Counted from the stretch's first letter, positions 18,267 to 28,618 are shown. The stretch is 64,000 nt of DNA from an uncultured Bacteroidota bacterium (GCA_963768145.1 CAVYHK010000034.1:40537-104536); one strand, 5' to 3'. Translations and numbers: made by a program. The notes: generated by a model from the letters alone, not told the origin.

Positions 18267-20006
18267 CTAGAAGAGTTTTATGCTGCTCTTCGGGTCGAAA
18301 TAGTATCTGTAAATCTTCACCTTGCAGTAAAACTCATCTTCATCGACATGAAAGTCCTTCGGGTCGAAATTTTTCAATTTCATGGTCTGCCACTTGGTAG
18401 TGGGATGTATGAACACCCAGTGGTTTTTCTCCGAATGGATCCCTTCGGGAGATGTAGTGACCTTGATCGGCATCCTGAAATCTTTCACGTCAGCCTCCCA
18501 CACGAAACGCAAGGCAGTGCTGTCGCCTTTCTGAGTAATCCCGACCGTCAGCTGCGGCACCTTGGGATAACGCAGATATTGCTCGAAGAAATAACCGTAG
18601 TCCGTGCCGGCTTGCTGATTTATGTAATTAATCATGTCATCCGCATCGACAGTTTGATAAGCGTACTTTTCCTGAAATCCTTTCAAAATTGAGAACCAGA
18701 GCTTGTCATTGGCGATAACATCTCGAAGTGTGTTGAGGACGAGCTGGCCTTTGTCGTACATGTCGCCAGCGCCTTCATGGTTCACATTATAAGGTCCGAT
18801 AATCGGCTCATCGTTTTTGACATTTTGTTTCTTCGCGTTGATGTATTCTAAAGCCGCTTTGTGTCCCCAGTTGTACTCGGCGTAAAGTGCTTCAGCGTAC
18901 GCGCCGAAGCTTTCGTGTATCCACATGTCGGCGAGGTCTTTCGACGTTATGCTGTTGCCCCACCACTCGTGCGCGCTTTCGTGTATGATGATGAAATCGA
19001 ATTTCAATCCGACCGCTGAGCTTGCTCTTCCTTCGTAGCCGAGTTGGTAGTGATTGCCGTATGCGACCGCAGATTGATGCTCCATGCCGTTGTGCGATGA
19101 CTCGATAAGTTTGTAACCGTCGCGGTAGAAAGGATACTTGCCGAAATATTTTTCATAGCACGCGAGCATTGTTTTGACCTGCTTAAATTGCTTCTTGGCT
19201 TTCTGAAGATTCGCCGGCATGACGTAGTAATCGAGAGTGAGCTTGCTGCCATCTCGGCTCGCATAACTATCCGCAAAGTGCGCGTACTTTCCGATATTGA
19301 CGGTGACATCATAGTTGTTTATGGGATAGCTGATGAACCAATTGTATTGAGTCCACCCGTTGGGCAATTCAATCCTGCTCCTCAATCTTCCATTGGAAAT
19401 ATCTTCAAGTCCTTTCGGAACCGTGACGCTCAACAACATGCTGTCCGGCTCGTCCGACTGATGATCTTTGTTCGGCCACCATAGGCTCGCGCCCGTTCCC
19501 TGGCAGGTGACCATCACCCACGGATTACCTTCTTTGTCCTTTTTCCAGATGAATCCGCCGTCCCACGGGGGATTCACAGCGACTTGAGGTTTACCCGAAT
19601 AGTAAAACACAATCTGATGAATTGTGTTTTGCTCCAGCTCTTTTGGCATGTCGATGAATACTGCTCCGAATTCTCTGGTATATTGCAACAGCGTTCCATC
19701 ATCAAACTTTATCGAGTCGACGCTCATGTTGGCGAAAAGATCGACCTGCATCTTGTTGAATCCGGTTACGACCTTAAACCTGATTGTATTGAGGCCCTTG
19801 ATCGATTGGGAATCCGGACTTATTACGATATCGAGATGATAATACGTAACGTCGTAACACGTTCTAAGCGGCGATAAATATCCGCGCAGTGAATCGGCTC
19901 TCGTAAAAGGTCCCCAATTGTAATGGGAAGGTTCCTGGGCAGGGAGAATCTGAATGGAGCTTAGAATTGCCAAAAGGAGGAGGGTAGATCTTTTCATAGC
20001 GGCCAC
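18267..20006 (-). CDS. M1 family zinc metallopeptidase (aminopeptidase N-like), secreted
   Basis: HEXXH (HESAHEWWGN), a downstream WIHESFGAYAE glutamate and a signal peptide. Confidence 0.85.
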   Translation of the reverse strand: MAAMKRSTLLLLAILSSIQILPAQEPSHYNWGPFTRADSLRGYLSPLRTCYDVTYYHLDIVISPDSQSIKGLNTIRFKVVTGFNKMQVDLFANMSVDSIKFDDGTLLQYTREFGAVFIDMPKELEQNTIHQIVFYYSGKPQVAVNPPWDGGFIWKKDKEGNPWVMVTCQGTGASLWWPNKDHQSDEPDSMLLSVTVPKGLEDISNGRLRSRIELPNGWTQYNWFISYPINNYDVTVNIGKYAHFADSYASRDGSKLTLDYYVMPANLQKAKKQFKQVKTMLACYEKYFGKYPFYRDGYKLIESSHNGMEHQSAVAYGNHYQLGYEGRASSAVGLKFDFIIIHESAHEWWGNSITSKDLADMWIHESFGAYAEALYAEYNWGHKAALEYINAKKQNVKNDEPIIGPYNVNHEGAGDMYDKGQLVLNTLRDVIANDKLWFSILKGFQEKYAYQTVDADDMINYINQQAGTDYGYFFEQYLRYPKVPQLTVGITQKGDSTALRFVWEADVKDFRMPIKVTTSPEGIHSEKNHWVFIHPTTKWQTMKLKNFDPKDFHVDEDEFYCKVKIYRYYFDPKSSIKLF

Positions 20007-20153
20007 CGGGATTGGTTGGTTAAGTAAAATAACGACAGAAAGTTAATCTGTTTACCGGAAGCTTGCAACAAGTCCACAGCGCTATTAAGAAACCTCGCAA
20101 AGCCAAGATCCATTCACTCTTGACAAGGTCTTATGCTTCGTGCCGAGAACTAA

Positions 20154-20918
20154 TTATGCTTGTATTCTGTCGAAAAGGTAACTTCCAAGTCCGAGCAAAA
20201 CGGCTGTAACTACGGCAAGGATGGTCAGGTCGGTCCCTATACCGAAGGTCGCTGACGAGTAGAGGAGAGAGTATCTCAACCCGTCAACTCCGTAACTTAG
20301 CGGGTCCACAGCTGCGATTATGTCGAGGACCTTCGGGACGCCTTGAAGAGGGAAGAGTGCTCCTGAAAGAAAAAATGTCGGCATCACAAGGAAGTTGATG
20401 ATTAACTGAAATCCCTGCATATCTTCCATCGTCGACGCGAGACCAATTCCGAGGGAAGTGAAAAGCAACGCCACCAAAAATACAATGACTAGAGCAACAG
20501 GCAGCATGAATAAGTTCTGAGGTCTGAACCCGACAAGGAAAGTCAATACGAAGACAATTATTCCCTGGATGGTCGCAACTGTTGCACCGCCGAGTGTCTT
20601 GCCGAGCATGATCTGCAATCTCGAAACCGGAGCGACCATCGTCTCCTTCAAAAAGCCAAATTGTCTGTCCCAGATTAGATCTATTCCCGAGAAGATCGCG
20701 GTGAAGAGGACGCTCATCAGAATAATCCCAGGAGCTAAGAAGTCCATGTAATTTCCCGCTCCCGCCTTTTTATAGATCGATCCGAACCCAAATCCGAAAG
20801 CCACAAGAAAAAGTAAAGGCTGCCCAAGTGAGCCGATGATTCTGGACCTTGATCTGAAGTATTTCTTGATCTGTCTCAACCACATTATGTAGATGATGCT
20901 CATCTTCTCCCACCCCAT
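20154..20918 (-). CDS. ABC-2 type transporter permease
   Basis: 254 aa with 6 TM segments. Overlaps the upstream ATPase gene by 19 nt. Confidence 0.8.
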   Translation of the reverse strand: MGWEKMSIIYIMWLRQIKKYFRSRSRIIGSLGQPLLFLVAFGFGFGSIYKKAGAGNYMDFLAPGIILMSVLFTAIFSGIDLIWDRQFGFLKETMVAPVSRLQIMLGKTLGGATVATIQGIIVFVLTFLVGFRPQNLFMLPVALVIVFLVALLFTSLGIGLASTMEDMQGFQLIINFLVMPTFFLSGALFPLQGVPKVLDIIAAVDPLSYGVDGLRYSLLYSSATFGIGTDLTILAVVTAVLLGLGSYLFDRIQA

Positions 20919-21718
20919 AATTGTCTTCTCCTTCTCATACGATCCAGACCACTCGCTTCTTCGTCTCGAATCTTGTGTCCAGTCAGGTTGAGGAACGCGT
21001 CTTCAAGCGTACTGGAGTTTGTCTGGCTTTTCAGCTCAGCAGAGGTTCCGGTTGCTATGATCTTCCCATGGTCGATGACTGCGATCCGGTCCGCCACTCT
21101 GTCTGCCTCCTCCATGTAATGAGTTGTAAAGAAGATGGTCATATTCTCTTTTTGGTTTATGTCTTTCACATAGCTCCACATGTGGTTTCTCGTCTGCGGG
21201 TCGAGTCCGAGAGTCGGCTCATCGAGAAAGAGGATTGTGGGGTGATGCAATAGTCCGCGTGCAATCTCCAGTCGCCGTTTCATTCCGCCCGAGAATGTCT
21301 TAACCAGATCGTCTTTTCTATCCAATAGCTCCACGAATTTTAGAAGGTCTTCGATTCTCTTTGCTCTGACTTCTTTGGGAATCCTATAACACACGGCGTG
21401 GAATTGCATGTTTTCCAGGGCAGTCAAATCGTCATCTAGACTTGGATCCTGAAAGACTATGCCGAGGGACTTTCTTACACGGTCTTTATGATGAGCCGGA
21501 TCATGGCCGTTCAAAACAATCTTCCCGCTCGTAGGATGAAGGAGCGTTGTCAACATCTTTATAGTTGTCGACTTGCCGGCACCATTTGGGCCGAGGAATG
21601 CGAAAGTCTCGCCTGCCTTCACCTCAAAAGAGATATTGTCAACGGCCGTTATATTGCCAAAAACCTTCGTGAGATTGGAAACAGCGATAATATCTGTATG
21701 ATCGTTACTTCGACTCAA
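20900..21718 (-). CDS. ABC transporter ATP-binding protein (DrrA/ABC-2 partner type)
   Basis: Walker A GPNGAGKST, signature FSGGMKRRLEIA and Walker B ILFLDEPT. Confidence 0.9.
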   Translation of the reverse strand: MSRSNDHTDIIAVSNLTKVFGNITAVDNISFEVKAGETFAFLGPNGAGKSTTIKMLTTLLHPTSGKIVLNGHDPAHHKDRVRKSLGIVFQDPSLDDDLTALENMQFHAVCYRIPKEVRAKRIEDLLKFVELLDRKDDLVKTFSGGMKRRLEIARGLLHHPTILFLDEPTLGLDPQTRNHMWSYVKDINQKENMTIFFTTHYMEEADRVADRIAVIDHGKIIATGTSAELKSQTNSSTLEDAFLNLTGHKIRDEEASGLDRMRRRRQLWGGRR

Positions 21719-21762
21719 ATCCTTTTCCCTTTTAGTATTGTCCAGAGTGCGCGACCCGGTGC

Positions 21763-22932
21763 TTATTCTCCCCGTAAGGCGTCCACAATATTCAATCGTG
21801 CGGCGCGTGCCGAAGGGAAGAACCCTCCAAAGAGTCCCATCAGAGCTGCGAAGACGAGCGAAGCCAAGACGGACGAGGGTGTAAGAGTGAAATTGAATGT
21901 CAGCTCGGAAAAGGACGAATAGTTCATTGTCGATACTGAGAAAAATTGAAGAAGCGAGGCGAGCATGACGCCTATGATTCCGCCGGTGAGAGATATGAGT
22001 ACAGCCTCAAAAAGAAATACTGTCAAAATGCTTCTTCTTCCAAACCCGAGTGCTCGCAGAGTTCCGATCTCCTTTGTCCGGTTAGCTACTTCAGCGTACA
22101 TCGTTATCATGGCACCTATGGCCGCGCCGATGCTGAACACGACCGTAACGAAAATGCCGATCACTTTTATGAAGGTGGAAAGTGTCTCCGATTGTTCCGA
22201 GAAATACACTTGTTCTAATTTTGGCTCGAATTCCTGGAGACGTCGGTCCGCCAAGAATGCTTCCTTGAATCTTTCATAGTTGGAAAGATTGTCCAGTTTC
22301 ATAGTGATGGATGAGACGCTGCTTCCTCGATGAAATGCATCCTGGATCTGGCGATAATCGCACCAGATTTCCGAATCGAAGCCGCTTCCATCGCTGGAAA
22401 AAATTCCGACCACTTTCCAGTAGTCTCCGGCCAATTTTATAGACCCCCCGATTCTAGCGTCGGCATATCTCCTGGCTACGGACTGACCGACTATTACTTC
22501 GCGCAGGGAAGAATTGAATGTCCTTCCGTCGGTCAGCTTTACGTTTGGATGCAGGTAAAATGTCTGCCGGTTGACCCCGCGAACCATGATGTTACTCAAT
22601 GCGCCGTCCGGAGTACTAAGATCAATTACCACAACCGGGTGGTATGAAATTGCCGGAGCTCCGTCCGGATCCTTGGCGATGTACGGAAGAGTAGCAACGA
22701 CATTTTGTGTTTGACCAAGAATGATGCTGGAAATTTCGCCGTTAGATCCTTTTCTGGTTATGACAACATTGTCGGGTGAACCCGTGGCCACCATTGTCTT
22801 TCTCACACCATTAGCCATCATCAGAACTGCCGCAAAGACGAATATTACAAGTGTAATGCCCGCAAGCGTAATGAGAGTTGAAAGTCTTCTTCTCCCGAAA
22901 TTCTTTATCATGTATTTATATGGTACACTCAT
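21763..22932 (-). CDS. ABC transporter permease, MacB/FtsX-type
   Basis: MacB_PCD-like periplasmic domain plus an FtsX bundle (ANRTKEIGTLRALGFGRR). Confidence 0.8.
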   Translation of the reverse strand: MSVPYKYMIKNFGRRRLSTLITLAGITLVIFVFAAVLMMANGVRKTMVATGSPDNVVITRKGSNGEISSIILGQTQNVVATLPYIAKDPDGAPAISYHPVVVIDLSTPDGALSNIMVRGVNRQTFYLHPNVKLTDGRTFNSSLREVIVGQSVARRYADARIGGSIKLAGDYWKVVGIFSSDGSGFDSEIWCDYRQIQDAFHRGSSVSSITMKLDNLSNYERFKEAFLADRRLQEFEPKLEQVYFSEQSETLSTFIKVIGIFVTVVFSIGAAIGAMITMYAEVANRTKEIGTLRALGFGRRSILTVFLFEAVLISLTGGIIGVMLASLLQFFSVSTMNYSSFSELTFNFTLTPSSVLASLVFAALMGLFGGFFPSARAARLNIVDALRGE

Positions 22933-22998
22933 TTTGGCATCCAGAATTTTAGATTTGTTATTTCAAACTACAGATCATAGATAGCGAATAATTGGAGG

Positions 22999-24159
22999 TC
23001 ATCCCACGAACCGCAGTCCGTCGGCAATTTTTGTCGTCAAAGCTCGTCTTATCGGAAAGATCGCTGCTGCTATTCCAACCACCACAACCGCAGTGACAGC
23101 GAGCATCACATTTGTCATATCCACTTCGAAAACAGGGAAGAAGCTTCTTGGAATATGTTCGGACATGCCATTAACAGATCCAAACGTCAGAAGGATGCCG
23201 AGGCCGCCGCCGATAGCCGAAATGAAGAGCGACTCACCGAGAATCAAACCTATGAGGTGCTTGGCAGAAAACCCAAGGGCTTTCAATACCGCATACTCCC
23301 TGGTTCTCTCCCTTGCCGCCATTATCATCGTATTTCCCAAAACAAGCATAATTATGCCCACGATGATGAACGACATGTATTCCATTCCATTCATGATTGC
23401 GCTCGAAGATGATACAAAACTCTGTTGGAAAGCTCGCTCAGTTTCCGTTTTTGTTTCTGCAGAGGAATTGGCAAATGATCCATCAATATCTTTCGAGATT
23501 CTGCCAGCGTCCGCACCATTGTAAATTCTCTCGACGTACCAGCCGACTTGTTCGCCGCGTGTCGGGAAGTCCTGCTTCACTTTTTCGTTCAAATAATTCC
23601 AATGGAAAAACATCTGGGTGGCATCGGTCGATTGGAATTTCGGACTATAGATTCCGCGGACGACGAATTCCCACTTACCAGGATAAATATCACCGTCGAG
23701 CGAGATCACATCCCCAAGCCTGAAATTGTACTGTTTCGCGAGAGCACTTCCGACCACGCACGCATTCCCTTCTTTTTGGAAATCGTCCAGCTCACTTTTG
23801 CCGATGAGGAATTCCGGATAGACGTTGAAGACGGTAATCGGATCGACGGCCATGCGCGCGAAGAAATGATTCTGGTCTATGTATGTGCCGCCAAACCAAT
23901 TCATATAGGTGACATCCTTTATTCCAGGAACTTGCTTTATTCTCTCCAAATAGGAATAGGGAAGTGTATTGATAATTGTGACTGCATCCCGCGTAACAAG
24001 CCGATCAACTTGAGACGATTCCACTCCTGAATTCCAGCTCGACACTGCGGTTTGAATGAGACCAAACGCCATAACCGCGACTGCTAATCCTACTACAGTC
24101 AGCGTGGTTCTCAATTTATGACGGAAAACATTCTTGATAATTAGCTTCAGAACTTTCAC
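22999..24159 (-). CDS. ABC transporter permease, MacB/FtsX-type
   Basis: Same architecture as the neighbouring permease (ARERTREYAVLKALGFSAK). Confidence 0.8.
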   Translation of the reverse strand: MKVLKLIIKNVFRHKLRTTLTVVGLAVAVMAFGLIQTAVSSWNSGVESSQVDRLVTRDAVTIINTLPYSYLERIKQVPGIKDVTYMNWFGGTYIDQNHFFARMAVDPITVFNVYPEFLIGKSELDDFQKEGNACVVGSALAKQYNFRLGDVISLDGDIYPGKWEFVVRGIYSPKFQSTDATQMFFHWNYLNEKVKQDFPTRGEQVGWYVERIYNGADAGRISKDIDGSFANSSAETKTETERAFQQSFVSSSSAIMNGMEYMSFIIVGIIMLVLGNTMIMAARERTREYAVLKALGFSAKHLIGLILGESLFISAIGGGLGILLTFGSVNGMSEHIPRSFFPVFEVDMTNVMLAVTAVVVVGIAAAIFPIRRALTTKIADGLRFVG

Positions 24160-24203
24160 GGTTACTCCTTAATTATCCTAAGTTCTTCTTCCTTCCATAT
24201 ACA

Positions 24204-24884
24204 TCAGAGCTCCTTTACCAAGTCTCCTTTTTCGAGATGGCGAAGCGACTTGGCCTTACCGGCAGTGTGCGGATCGTGCGTGACCATCACGATGGTTTTC
24301 TTGAACTCGGAGTTCAATCTCTGCATAAGGGTCATAATTTCCTCCGCTGAATTCTTGTCTAAGTCTCCGGTCGGTTCGTCAGCAATGAGAAGGACCGGAT
24401 CTGTGACCACCGCCCGGGCGATTGCGACCCTTTGTTCCTGGCCACCGGAGAGTTGCTTCGGGTAGAAATCCATCCGGTCCGACAAACCGACAACTGAGAG
24501 GGCACTCTCGACATGCTGCTTCCTTTCAGTCCTGGAGAGATTGGTCAGGAGAAGTGGAAGCTCGACGTTTTCGTAAGCAGTCAGAACAGGTATAAGATTA
24601 TAGAACTGAAAAATGAAACCGATATTTGTTGATCTCCATTTGGCGAGAGCAGACTCGTTGAGCGCTGAAATGTCAGTCCCGTTTATGACAACCTCACCGG
24701 AGGTCGGCTTGTCGATTCCCGCTATTAAGTTTAGCAAAGTAGTCTTGCCGGAGCCCGAGGGTCCCATCAGCGCAAGGAAGTCCCCATCGGGGACGTTAAG
24801 GTCAATATTATTAAGTACCGGGACTTCAATGCTGTCTCGTCGGTAGGACTTTGTGACATTTTTTATCTCAATAAGATTTTGCAT
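24204..24884 (-). CDS. ABC transporter ATP-binding protein (MacB/LolD-like)
   Basis: Walker A GPSGSGKTT, signature LSGGQEQRVAIARA and Walker B LLIADEPTGDLD. Confidence 0.9.
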   Translation of the reverse strand: MQNLIEIKNVTKSYRRDSIEVPVLNNIDLNVPDGDFLALMGPSGSGKTTLLNLIAGIDKPTSGEVVINGTDISALNESALAKWRSTNIGFIFQFYNLIPVLTAYENVELPLLLTNLSRTERKQHVESALSVVGLSDRMDFYPKQLSGGQEQRVAIARAVVTDPVLLIADEPTGDLDKNSAEEIMTLMQRLNSEFKKTIVMVTHDPHTAGKAKSLRHLEKGDLVKEL

Positions 24885-24947
24885 CTATCCTCCATCTTTT
24901 GTTACGTGACGTCGAAATTCACAGGTGTAAAGCCTGCACCTACTCCA

Positions 24948-26147
24948 TCACTTTTCCGCGATTACCTTCTCGCCCTCCTTAATATGATCACCCGGCGCAT
25001 CAATGACTCGGTCACCGTTTGTCAGCCCAGACTTTACTTCTGTGAAACCACCAGAACTCTTTCCGAGTATGACAGGCGTTTCGACCGCCTTATCATCTTC
25101 AATCCTAAAAACGACGTCCCGGTTTTCTCTCGTCACGACGGCGGTAGAAGGCACAATCAAAGTTGGCTTCTCATAGTTAATTCCGCTTGCGTTTGCCTTT
25201 TGGTTCTTCAGGAACAAGACCTTCGCGCTCATCTCCGGCAGCACGCGGGCATCATATCGTCTGAACGCAACCTTTACGGTCACAGTTGCTTTGCCGCGAT
25301 CCGCAGTCGGGACAATCTTGGCGACGTAGCCATCGTACTGAGCGTCGGGATAGGCATCAAGCGTTATCTGGCAGTCCTGTCCGGGCTTCACTTTCTCAAT
25401 ATTGGATTCGGAAACATCTGCTTCGACCTGCAGTGAACCCATATCCGCGATTGTGGCCACCGTTCCCCTGGTGTTGATGCTCCCTGCCATCGGAGCGACT
25501 ATTTCTCCGACGTCGGCGTTCTTCGTGAGAACTGTACCATCAAATGGTGCACGAACTAGAGTGTTCTCGACTGCAACCTCAGCGGCTTCGACACTCGCTT
25601 TTGCAACATCAACAGATGCTTGCGCCTTTTTGTACTGAGTTTCGGAGCTCTCAAAAGTCCATTCGGTGATCGATCCAGATTTCAGGAGTTTCTGATTTCT
25701 TTCATAGTTCCACTTCGCGTCGGCAAGCGTGACGTCACTCAATTCGAGATTCGCGTTTGCCTCGTTTAACTGTGCTTTTACATCGCTGTCTTCAAGCCTT
25801 GCGATGATTTGACCTGTTTTGACTTTGTCGCCTTCGACAACCCCGAGATAGACGAGTCGTCCTGTCGCTTTCGACGCAACAGCAGCTTTTCTCTGCGCTA
25901 CAACATATCCGCTTGCGGTAAGCAGGGCGTCGCTTTGTGGCACGGACTGAATGACGGCGGCAACGATCTTCACACTGACAGGTGAATCCAGGACTGTCCT
26001 CGAGAGTGCCACGACTGCCGCGGCAATCAGGATCAATGGGACACCGATAGTAAATAATTTCTTGGCCCCTTTTCCCTGGGTTGGATTTGTGTCTTTCCTT
26101 AGTCTATCTATTCTTAATCCCGACAAATCTGCGTTCTTAGTTTCCAC
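24948..26147 (-). CDS. Efflux periplasmic adaptor (HlyD/MFP family)
   Basis: TM anchor, coiled-coil hairpin and beta-barrel segments. Directly upstream of the ATPase and two permeases. Confidence 0.85.
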   Translation of the reverse strand: METKNADLSGLRIDRLRKDTNPTQGKGAKKLFTIGVPLILIAAAVVALSRTVLDSPVSVKIVAAVIQSVPQSDALLTASGYVVAQRKAAVASKATGRLVYLGVVEGDKVKTGQIIARLEDSDVKAQLNEANANLELSDVTLADAKWNYERNQKLLKSGSITEWTFESSETQYKKAQASVDVAKASVEAAEVAVENTLVRAPFDGTVLTKNADVGEIVAPMAGSINTRGTVATIADMGSLQVEADVSESNIEKVKPGQDCQITLDAYPDAQYDGYVAKIVPTADRGKATVTVKVAFRRYDARVLPEMSAKVLFLKNQKANASGINYEKPTLIVPSTAVVTRENRDVVFRIEDDKAVETPVILGKSSGGFTEVKSGLTNGDRVIDAPGDHIKEGEKVIAEK

Positions 26148-26201
26148 AATTGCCTCATTTATTGATTCGAACTCTAGAATTCAAGTTCCGGCATCGACTA
26201 A

Positions 26202-26432
26202 TCAATCTTCGAGCTCCTGACAAAGGAAGCCGAGTTTAGCCACTTCCTCAACAACTTTCTCCACGCTTACGTTCACACATCCGACGCGAAGTACCCTGTC
26301 ACGGTCTTGGAGATCAATTGTGCAAAAGTGAACTCCATGTACCTTTTCTAAACCGGTCTTTAGCCGTGAAAAATCCGATTCGTCTGATAAGTCGGTGCGA
26401 AAGATGAACAATTCCGATGAATGGGTTCCCAA
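26202..26432 (-). CDS. Small hypothetical protein (HMA-like ferredoxin-fold pattern without CxxC)
   Basis: 76-aa ORF with a TTG start and GGAG upstream. The beta-alpha-beta-like pattern (FIFRTDL....LEKVHGVHFCTIDLQDRDRVLRV....VEKVVEEVAKLGF) has no metal-binding cysteine pair. Sits between the bactofilin-like genes and the adaptor. Confidence 0.4.
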   Translation of the reverse strand: MGTHSSELFIFRTDLSDESDFSRLKTGLEKVHGVHFCTIDLQDRDRVLRVGCVNVSVEKVVEEVAKLGFLCQELED

Positions 26433-26514
26433 GGCATTACTCCGAAATCTCTTCAGCGTTTTTCAAACAACCCGCCGGGAGCGTGCGACATGAGAGATCG
26501 ATTTATCGGTCGAT

Positions 26515-27261
26515 TCAATTCACCCTTTTCCTGTTCTTGACGATGGATCTTCCGCTGATGCGGCACTCATTCGCATATTCGAGATAATCAATTTCGCATC
26601 CGTCTCCAATCACAACATTTCTTCCACGAACCACTTTTGCTTTCGTATACTCCAAACGAATTTCGTCGCCCTCCACGCTGTCTGCCACCAGCTTTCCTTT
26701 GAAAAAGTCAGCAGGGATGAAGAGCGCCCTTATTATGTTTCCCAGGCCTGAGTAATGTCCTCGTCTTGCTTGGATCCTTTCGCCTCCGATCTCGGCAACC
26801 CTGCAACGACTATGAATTCTTATATCTATTTCACCGGCATTTAATAAACCACCAATGGAGAGCGGTCCTTCCGACTTGAACGTCTCCGACTCACAGTTCT
26901 TTGCTATTGTCGCAAAGCCCGTCACTCTGATGTCATCGGATTTTACCCCTCCCTTTGTTTCCATCCCACCTTTTAGAACAAGGGAATATGTTTTCACGTC
27001 ACCGCTGGCATCCAGGTTACCGGCGATGCGGATTTCCTCAGTCTCCAGCGAGCCCATTATGGAAACAGAACCGACAATTCTGGCATCGTTAGCCTTCAAA
27101 TTACCATTGATCCGAGAATCACCAACAGACCTGAATGTCAAACAATCTAAATTCCCATTGATGATGGTATCGCCTATAATCCTGACATGATTGAAGTTCC
27201 CGCCGGCGGCGTTGTTGTCTCCTATTATTTTCAAATCGACTCGAGTGCTCGCTTTCACCAT
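26515..27261 (-). CDS. Polymer-forming cytoskeletal (bactofilin-like, YhbF-like) protein
   Basis: Degenerate beta-helix repeats (IIGDTIINGNLDC..FRSVGDSRINGNLKANDARIVGSVSIMGSLE..). Paralog of the upstream gene. Confidence 0.6.
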   Translation of the reverse strand: MVKASTRVDLKIIGDNNAAGGNFNHVRIIGDTIINGNLDCLTFRSVGDSRINGNLKANDARIVGSVSIMGSLETEEIRIAGNLDASGDVKTYSLVLKGGMETKGGVKSDDIRVTGFATIAKNCESETFKSEGPLSIGGLLNAGEIDIRIHSRCRVAEIGGERIQARRGHYSGLGNIIRALFIPADFFKGKLVADSVEGDEIRLEYTKAKVVRGRNVVIGDGCEIDYLEYANECRISGRSIVKNRKRVN

Positions 27262-27277
27262 GATGTCCCTTTTGAGT

Positions 27278-27964
27278 TCAGACTTTCCTGGATTCCTTCA
27301 CTGTTGCGCTGCCATCTTTGCGAAAACTTTTCCTGTATTCTACTGCCCCGATCAGACATCCTGGTCCTATGTTCACGTCGCCTCCGCGCACCACTTTCGC
27401 GGTCGCGTTCTCAAGATAGATGTTGTCACCTTCGATAGTTTCGGCGGAGAGGACATGGTTCAATTGAAGGGAAGGGAAGATCGAGGTAAGAAATTTCTTG
27501 AAACCGAATGCGTCGCCTGCTCTAATGTCAATTTCCTCGCCGCCAATCTCTCTCGCTCTGGATGCGACATAAAGCTCGACATCTATTCTGCCCGCATTAA
27601 GAAGTCCGTCGATGGTGAATCCGCCTTGGGATCTGAATGTCTCAGAACCGCAATCTCTGGTCACTTTCAACATGCCCCGATTTTCGATCTTGTCAGCAGA
27701 TATGGCACCGCCGATCTCTGTCATTCCGTCGATGACAATTTCCTGTCCTTTGAGATTTCCATCTATCTCCGATTTTCCAGCCACTCTCACGACACCGGCA
27801 CTTACGCTGCCATGTATGCAACCCAGACCATTTATCTGGAGCTCTGAGCAATCAAGGTCTCCGTTTATTTCACCTTTGCCGTTTATCTGGACAAAGTCGT
27901 AGTTTCCGCCCGATGAGCTGCCAAGCCCGTTTATTCGCAGATCGCTTCTAGTATTCTTTCCCAT
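27278..27964 (-). CDS. Polymer-forming cytoskeletal (bactofilin-like, YhbE-like) protein
   Basis: N-terminus SDLRINGLGSSSGGNYDFVQINGKGEINGDLDC and beta-helix repeats. Overlaps the upstream HTH gene by 17 nt. Confidence 0.6.
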   Translation of the reverse strand: MGKNTRSDLRINGLGSSSGGNYDFVQINGKGEINGDLDCSELQINGLGCIHGSVSAGVVRVAGKSEIDGNLKGQEIVIDGMTEIGGAISADKIENRGMLKVTRDCGSETFRSQGGFTIDGLLNAGRIDVELYVASRAREIGGEEIDIRAGDAFGFKKFLTSIFPSLQLNHVLSAETIEGDNIYLENATAKVVRGGDVNIGPGCLIGAVEYRKSFRKDGSATVKESRKV

Positions 27965-28601
27965 TTCCCATTTCTCCGTTAGACAGTTTTTGTTTTAGTT
28001 CTTCGATGCAGGTTGAAACGTTTTGTCGGTTAACAATTTTGGCGCCAGATTCAAAATGAATCTGGTTCGGAGCGGAGACAACGAGGCAAGTCGATATACC
28101 CAACTTTCGCACGAATATCAGATCGCAATTCTTACCTTCAAAGGAAGAAAAATGTTCATCTAGAGTTTTAAGAATAATCTTTCCCTCTTCCAAATTGATC
28201 TCACCCGATTGGAGCATTTTGTCGAGGATATAGACGAAAAGGATCTTCTCGAAGTCAAAGGAGCTTGGCTCTCCAAAAACTTCGACAAGAATGCCCGCCG
28301 CAGTTTCTGAGACGATCTTTTCTCTTATCAGTCTGGCTTTGTCGGAATGCACGTCAGCGGGATTGGGTGAGAGGATTTCAGCAAGCTCGTCAAGCGAAGC
28401 ATCTTCCTTCATGTTTTTGATTTTGTCTATGCGAGCCATAATTTTGTCGCGTGGGAAAAAGGTCTCCTGGCCGGTAAAAGTGGACTTGCGTACGAACCAG
28501 TCTTCCGGAATCAGCGACTTTCTTTTCCATCTATAAAGTTGCCCGTATGAGATTCCCGTCAAGTCAAGCAAGTCTTTTTTCGAAATTAGGTCGTTTTCCA
28601 T
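27948..28601 (-). CDS. DUF4004 / YhbD-like MerR-type HTH protein
   Basis: The N-terminus LISKKDLLDLTGISYGQLYRWKRKSLIPEDWFVRKSTFTGQETFFPRDKI matches my memory of the Bacillus YhbD/DUF4004 signature. Confidence 0.65.
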   Translation of the reverse strand: MENDLISKKDLLDLTGISYGQLYRWKRKSLIPEDWFVRKSTFTGQETFFPRDKIMARIDKIKNMKEDASLDELAEILSPNPADVHSDKARLIREKIVSETAAGILVEVFGEPSSFDFEKILFVYILDKMLQSGEINLEEGKIILKTLDEHFSSFEGKNCDLIFVRKLGISTCLVVSAPNQIHFESGAKIVNRQNVSTCIEELKQKLSNGEMGNGKEY

Positions 28602-28618
28602 ATATTAGCCTCTGATAG

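Noticed and set aside
23093-24030. 143-160 aa plus-strand ORFs
   Set aside because: They are antisense shadows of the FtsX permease gene 22999..24159.
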